The notes under the pieces: model-generated
What the model was told of the DNA's origin: nothing
What the model saw: only the letters and a program-made list of their open reading frames with translations
The model's database searches: none
Position numbers and translations under genes: made by a program
Assembly (NCBI GenBank): GCA_013416795.1
Contig: RQSC01000031.1
Span: 296,696 to 342,638 of the forward strand
Reading direction: 5' to 3'
Length of the DNA stretch: 45,943 nt
DNA from: Prasinococcaceae sp. CCMP 1430
Taxonomy: Eukaryota > Plantae > Prasinodermophyta
Part shown: positions 41,135 to 45,943 of the stretch, piece by piece
How positions within the stretch are numbered: position 1 is the stretch's first letter
How the letters are laid out: each line of letters starts with the position of its first letter

Positions 41135-41950
41135 CTATGCCACGCCTTTCCTGCGCTTGTAGCGGGTTTTGCGCGCCTCCTTTATCCGGTTCGGGACCGC
41201 GATCTCCATGACCTCCTCCCAGCTGGCGGTCGTCTGTTTCGTGAGCACGCACTCCACCGCGCTCACGATCGACTGCCGTATGAGTGGACGCGCGCGCACA
41301 CACCGCAGCATCGGGGTCAGCTCCGAGGCCACTCTGGGTGTGCCGAGATATCGCCTGGGGGCGCGGGGGCGCACGCACCATGACTGTGGCGCTCGCGCCC
41401 GGATAAAACTCGCGCACCGGCAGCCGCGCGGTGCGCACGCCGAGCGACTCCGCGCGTGCGCGGCTGAGGTTAGGCGTGGGCGGGTTGACGTCGATGAGCC
41501 CTGCGAAGACGTAGACGACCCCGCTCTCCACCTCGCCGGTGAGCACCTCTTCGCCGTCTGGCGACATGTACACAAAATTGTTCAGGTCGCCTCCCGCAGC
41601 GTCGAGCAGCTCGGGGACCTCGGTGAACGCGTCGGCGTGCGTGTCCATGTCCTGCCATGCATCGATGGCGTGCTTCTGGCGCACACTGGCGGCGACGTCG
41701 CCGGCAAACGACGTCGCGTGCAAGCGCGCAGGTCTGCGCGCGCGCCTGTTGGTGCCGACGATCATGCTCAGCTGCTTGCCGACGCTGTGCAGGGCGCGCG
41801 CGCTGTCCTGCGAGTAACCGCAGTCGATGGCCACATGGATTGGCTCATAGTCGCGCTCGACCACGGCACACGCTCGCGAGGCCACGCGCGCCCGCGCCCA
41901 GCCTCGTGCTCGGGATGCCTCCCTCTCTCGCGCCGGGATCCCTCCCGCGC
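41135..41950 (-). CDS. TRM10: TRM10-family (tRNA m1G9/m1A9) SPOUT methyltransferase; exons 41379..~41950+ and 41135..41272; start unresolved
   Basis: VAIDC, QL....GTNRR, FVYMSPDGEEVL, VYVFAGLID, TARLP. Phase-0 intron 41273-41378 gives VM|SIVSAVECVL...SWEEVM..AVPNR. Confidence 0.75.
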
Positions 41951-42279
41951 TGCCCCGCCGCCCTCCCGCCGGGCGCCGCGGCACACCGGCACACTCCGAG
42001 AGGCAGACCACCTGCTGCAGCCAGTGCGCGTGCCGATCGATGCGGCCGGCGCCCCCTCTGCCACCCCGCACTCCGCCTCCGCATGCGCCGCCGCAGCCGC
42101 CGGCCGCCCGCGACGGCACCCCGCCGCTTTGCACAGTTGCGCGCACCGACGCCGACACGGCGCGAAACGGCCGTGTCAAATCGCATCAGAAACGCCACTG
42201 CCGCGCCCATCGCGTGACGCTCCTGTGGGTACATACATAGTTACAAACAGTTCACGATACGTTCGTGCGAGCGCGGTGT

Positions 42280-43833
42280 TCAGCCGGGCGTTTCGCCCGC
42301 AGAGGGCGCGCCGCTGCCGTCGTAGGCGCGCACGGCCTCGGCGAGCCTGCGCACGCCCGCGCGCAGCTCCTCTGGGGTGTGCATGGCGAAGGACAGCCGG
42401 ACGTGGTGGGCGAGCGCCTCCGCGGTGGGCGCGCGCGCGTCGGCGGCGCAGCGGCTGCCGCAGCAGAAGGCGACCCCCCGAGAGACGGCCTGGGGAAGCA
42501 ACACCTCCGATCGGACGCCACCCTTCAGGCGCAGCCAGAGGAAGTAGCCGCCGCGCGGTCGCGCGTGAAGCTCCCAGAGCTCGCCCTCGTGGACGCGCAG
42601 CGCCTCCACGAGCGCAGCGCAGCGCTCTGCGAGCGCCGCACGCATGTGGTCGAGGTGGGCGGCCGCGTCGCCGCTCCGGAGCGCATGTGCCACCGCCGCC
42701 GTCCCGAGCGGGTTGCCGCAACCACCCGAGGAGATGACCCCGTCGTCCCCCAGGGGCGCGAGCACAGTGTCCGCGCACCCCTCGACCCATCCCACGCGCA
42801 TGGCGGGCGCCATGTACTTTGCGAACGAGCCCACGCTGATGACCGTCGCACCGTCGGGGTCGAAGTGACGCATGGGCGGCGGCGGGGCGTTCTCGGCGCC
42901 AGGAAAGCTCAACAGCTGGTACACCTCGTCGGCGACCACGCGCACACCCCTGCTCGCGGCAGCGGCGACGAGTGCCGCGCGCGTCCGCGCGCCGAGCGTG
43001 AGCGCCGTCGGGTTCGCGAACGTCGGGACAAGGTAGAGAAGCGCCGGGGGGGCGCCGCTCTCCTGCGAGACTGCATCGCACGCGGCTTCGAACGCGGCAA
43101 CGATGCCTAGGCCCGCAGCGTCACCCTGCGCGTCGTCCGCCCCATTGTCGTCCTTCCAGACGAGTGCTCTCGGCTCGAGCCCCGCCTGCTCGACGATGGG
43201 ACGCGCAAGAAAGTAGGTCGGGTCGGCCAAAAGCGCGACGCGGCGGCCCGCGTGATCCAACCGAGCGCAGCACAGCGAAAGGCCGTGGCTGACGCCGCTC
43301 GTCGCGAAGACCTCGTTCGGAGACACGGCGCGCACGGTCGCAGCCGAGGCGGAAGCCGCCGAGGCGCGCGCAGCCGCGTCGCTGGCGTGCCGCGCGTTGA
43401 GAAAGTCCGCGACGGCGCTTCTGAAGCGCTCCGAGCCCGCACGGCGTGTGTATTGCAACATGAGCGCGGCCTCGTGGTCGTACGCGTACCCGTGGCCGTC
43501 GCCGTCGTTGCCGCGGCCGCCCTCATGCTCGTCTGGCGCGAGCGCAGCGGCGTGCGCACGGCGCACGAGGTCAAGTGCCCCGGCGAGTAGCGCTGGGGCC
43601 GGCTGGCCGAGCGCGAAGTTGACCATGCCAGCGTCAAGCGGCGAGGAAATGTGCTCGGCGGTCTGCGACGTCCATTTCATGCGCCCAGGCGCGGCGCGCC
43701 CGCTGCCACCCACGCCGCCCGCGCTGCCGACCGCCGCGCGTGCGCGCGCTCGCGAGCGCGCGCGTCCACTGCCGTGCGCGCCAGCAGGCGCGGCGGCGGC
43801 AGCGGCGACAACGCAGGCACGTGCGGCGCGCAT
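42280..43833 (-). CDS. PLP-dependent class I/II aminotransferase (LysN/MocR-type catalytic domain, no HTH) with Ala/Arg-rich presequence
   Basis: VNFALGQP, YLVPTFANPTA, VADEVY, SFAKYMAPAMRVGW (PLP lysine), RPRGGYFLW, VRLSF. Confidence 0.85.
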   Translation of the reverse strand: MRAARACVVAAAAAAPAGAHGSGRARSRARARAAVGSAGGVGGSGRAAPGRMKWTSQTAEHISSPLDAGMVNFALGQPAPALLAGALDLVRRAHAAALAPDEHEGGRGNDGDGHGYAYDHEAALMLQYTRRAGSERFRSAVADFLNARHASDAAARASAASASAATVRAVSPNEVFATSGVSHGLSLCCARLDHAGRRVALLADPTYFLARPIVEQAGLEPRALVWKDDNGADDAQGDAAGLGIVAAFEAACDAVSQESGAPPALLYLVPTFANPTALTLGARTRAALVAAAASRGVRVVADEVYQLLSFPGAENAPPPPMRHFDPDGATVISVGSFAKYMAPAMRVGWVEGCADTVLAPLGDDGVISSGGCGNPLGTAAVAHALRSGDAAAHLDHMRAALAERCAALVEALRVHEGELWELHARPRGGYFLWLRLKGGVRSEVLLPQAVSRGVAFCCGSRCAADARAPTAEALAHHVRLSFAMHTPEELRAGVRRLAEAVRAYDGSGAPSAGETPG

Positions 43834-44152
43834 TGTGGCACCCCGTGCACAGCATGGCGGCCAACCGCACCGTCGGCATCACGCGTGCCCGACGATGCGT
43901 CCTCGGTTGTGGTTCCTGATGCGCCTCCCGCCCCGGGCCCACTCGGCTACGACACACACGCCCACAGCGCACCCCCCCATCGGCTCACGACGCGCGTGCC
44001 CGCGCGGGCCCGCGTGCGTGGCTCGCGGGCTCGAGCGTACGCACAGGGGCGCACATGCGTGTTGGCAGATGTGTATTACGTGGCGACCGCGCGGGTGCAC
44101 GTGCGCTGCGAAGAGAGTGCCTTCCCTCACTCCGCGCCAGCCGTGTGTGCTG

Positions 44153-44785
44153 CTATCGCGCGCCTGGGCCTTCTGCGCGGCCAACGACCATGAGATCGTC
44201 GACGAGCGCGGCGGCCTCGATGGCGGCGCCGTCGGCTGCGCGCGCGGCCTCCTGCAGCAGCAGCTGTGCTCGCTGCGCGGACGCGTCGGCGCCGCGCAGC
44301 TCGCGCTCGGCGCGAGCGAACGCGGCGCGCGCCTCGTTTTCGATGCAAGCGCCGATTGCACGGCAGGACGCCAGAAGCTGCGCACCGCTCTCCGTCCGCG
44401 CCTCGAATGTGCCCTGCTCGACACCTGCGCTGTACTCACCTCTTTCCCCGCCTCGCGCACCACCAGCTTCGGCGGCCTGGGTATGCATCTCGCCGCCGTC
44501 GCTCTCTGACTCGGAGTCTTCACCGCCAACGACCACGCAGCCGCCGCTTTGCTGCCGCATCTGCCGCAACTGCTCCTCCAGCCGAGCCGCGCGTGGCGCG
44601 TCGGCGTCCTCCTCGGACTCGGAGTCTTCCCCAGCGACCATCACGCCCCCAGCCTGGTGTCGCTGCTGTTCGCCGCCGCCAGCCCCGCCGCTTCCGCCGC
44701 TGACGGCGGGGGCGGCGGCGCCGCCGCCGTCGCTGTCGGATTCTGAGCCCTCGCCGGTGACAAAGCGCGCCGTGGGGGCGGACAT
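44153..44785 (-). CDS. BLOC-1 subunit 3 (BLOS3)-like protein, 210 aa
   Basis: Three V-x-G-E-x-S-E-S-[DE] motifs followed by a C-terminal helical region; architecture and length resemble animal BLOC1S3 as I recall it. Confidence 0.55.
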   Translation of the reverse strand: MSAPTARFVTGEGSESDSDGGGAAAPAVSGGSGGAGGGEQQRHQAGGVMVAGEDSESEEDADAPRAARLEEQLRQMRQQSGGCVVVGGEDSESESDGGEMHTQAAEAGGARGGERGEYSAGVEQGTFEARTESGAQLLASCRAIGACIENEARAAFARAERELRGADASAQRAQLLLQEAARAADGAAIEAAALVDDLMVVGRAEGPGAR

Positions 44786-45035
44786 GCCCGCGGCACGACG
44801 GATGGCGCCACGCCAAGGCCGCAAGGCGTGCGAGGTCGAGCGCGAGCGAGCGCGCGTGGGGTGGCGCGGCACGCGCGCGTTGTGGCCCCCGCCGCGGCCG
44901 GGGCAGCGCGCTCGGGCCGAACTGTTTTTGATATGGTGGTTAACGGCGGTGGGCGCGTGCGTAGCCAAGCGTCGCTCAAAGCTACCGTCGCAACCCCTGT
45001 CCATCCCCCTCTCCCCCCCCTCCGGCAGCTCTGGC

Positions 45036-45943
45036 TCAGAAGACGCCGAGCGCGGTCATGACGGCGAAGGCCACGAAGAGCCCGCCGCCGATGACGCCGA
45101 CCACCTTCTCCGAGATGTAGCGACTGAGCAGCGCGCCGCCGCAGACGGCGATGGCCGTCGCGGCGGCGTGCCCGGCGATGGCGCCCGCGGCGACGCCGAG
45201 CGGCGGCTGGGCGGCGCCCAACGCGATCGTGGCGAGCATCGAGCGGTCGCCCCATTCCGCCAAGAACGTGAGGCTGAAAGCCTCACCGACCACGCTCAAC
45301 GGATTCGCACGAGCACCCGCCCTCCCTGCCCTCTGCGACACGACCTCCTCCGCCTCCTCGAGCTCCGACGTGTCGCTCTCTCCAACGGCGCCGACGTCGG
45401 TCTTGTCCCCCCTCAGGCGCTTAAACCACCGAGACACCGACGCGAGCGCATCAGCGTCCTGTAGCGTGCGCACGCCGAACCACAGCAGCAGCGCGGACGC
45501 CACATATCGCGTCACCTCGTCGCTCCGCGCGACCGTCTGCGGCACAGCGTTGAAGGCAGCTCCTATGCCGACGCTCACGAGCGTCATCGCCGCCAGCGCG
45601 AGCACCGCGCCGACGAACACCGCGCGCTGGCCTCGGCGCATTGCTAGCAGCGCCGCTATGAAGAAGGTCTTGTCGCCCAGCTCGCTCACGAAAATGAGCA
45701 GGAAGGCCTCCACTGCGGCCACCTTGACGCCCACGGTCGCCTGCAGCCAGGGCACCCCAGCGAAGCTGCACGTGACCAGGACCCCCAGCAGCGTCGCGGT
45801 CGCGGCGGCCGCCGCGATCGCCGCACGTGGCGGGGCACCCGCATGCGCCACCTCTGTGTCCATCGGCGCGCCGTCGCCGCTTGCCGTCGCCGCCGCCGCC
45901 GCCCAGCGCCCGCGCATCCGCGCCACGCCTCGCCTCGGCGATG
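45036..45943 (-). CDS. GDT1/TMEM165 (UPF0016) Mn2+/Ca2+ transporter, CMT1/PAM71-HL-like; 5' probably beyond window
   Basis: Two E-x-G-D-[KR] motifs: SELGDKTFFIAALLAMR and AEWGDRSMLATIALGAAQ. Confidence 0.88.
   Translation of the reverse strand, partial: SPRRGVARMRGRWAAAAATASGDGAPMDTEVAHAGAPPRAAIAAAAATATLLGVLVTCSFAGVPWLQATVGVKVAAVEAFLLIFVSELGDKTFFIAALLAMRRGQRAVFVGAVLALAAMTLVSVGIGAAFNAVPQTVARSDEVTRYVASALLLWFGVRTLQDADALASVSRWFKRLRGDKTDVGAVGESDTSELEEAEEVVSQRAGRAGARANPLSVVGEAFSLTFLAEWGDRSMLATIALGAAQPPLGVAAGAIAGHAAATAIAVCGGALLSRYISEKVVGVIGGGLFVAFAVMTALGVF

Noticed and set aside
44434-44439. Perfect GAG|GTGAGT donor inside the BLOS3-like ORF
   Set aside because: The frame is open and protein-like without splicing, and no convincing phase-1 acceptor was found.

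Overview
Gene-dense, very GC-rich eukaryotic nuclear DNA. Spliceosomal GT-AG introns, plastid-type genes (STN7-family kinase, phosphate translocator, HSP90C, CMT1-like) and a selenoprotein point to a green alga, probably prasinophyte-grade (inference). About 19 protein-coding loci are supported. In order: STN7/STN8-family kinase, coiled-coil orphan, BTB-BACK protein, PUT-type polyamine transporter, 6xEF-hand protein, a giant (ePHD)-RecQ-PHD-RdRP fusion, GPT/XPT-like translocator, CCT7, acidic orphan, HSP90C, SOF1/DCAF13, selenoprotein O, PWWP protein, receptor-like Raf/TKL kinase, sulfotransferase, TRM10, class I/II aminotransferase, BLOC1S3-like protein and CMT1/GDT1. The standout is the minus-strand locus at about 11.7-19.1 kb. 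One 6.5-kb exon encodes a RecQ-type helicase with its Zn module, a PHD finger and a cellular DFDGD-type RNA-dependent RNA polymerase, and a phase-compatible intron appears to add an upstream extended PHD exon. This looks like a one-polypeptide version of the Neurospora QDE-3 + QDE-1 pair with chromatin readers attached. Other items missed by the ORF track are an in-frame UGA (Sec) plus a SECIS-like hairpin in SelO, an out-of-frame signal peptide on an LNR/ShKT receptor kinase, and a probable BLOS3 homolog. All family calls come from motif recognition by eye; no database searches were run. Assembly gaps (N) hide several 5' ends. No rRNA, tRNA, CRISPR array or bounded mobile element was seen.
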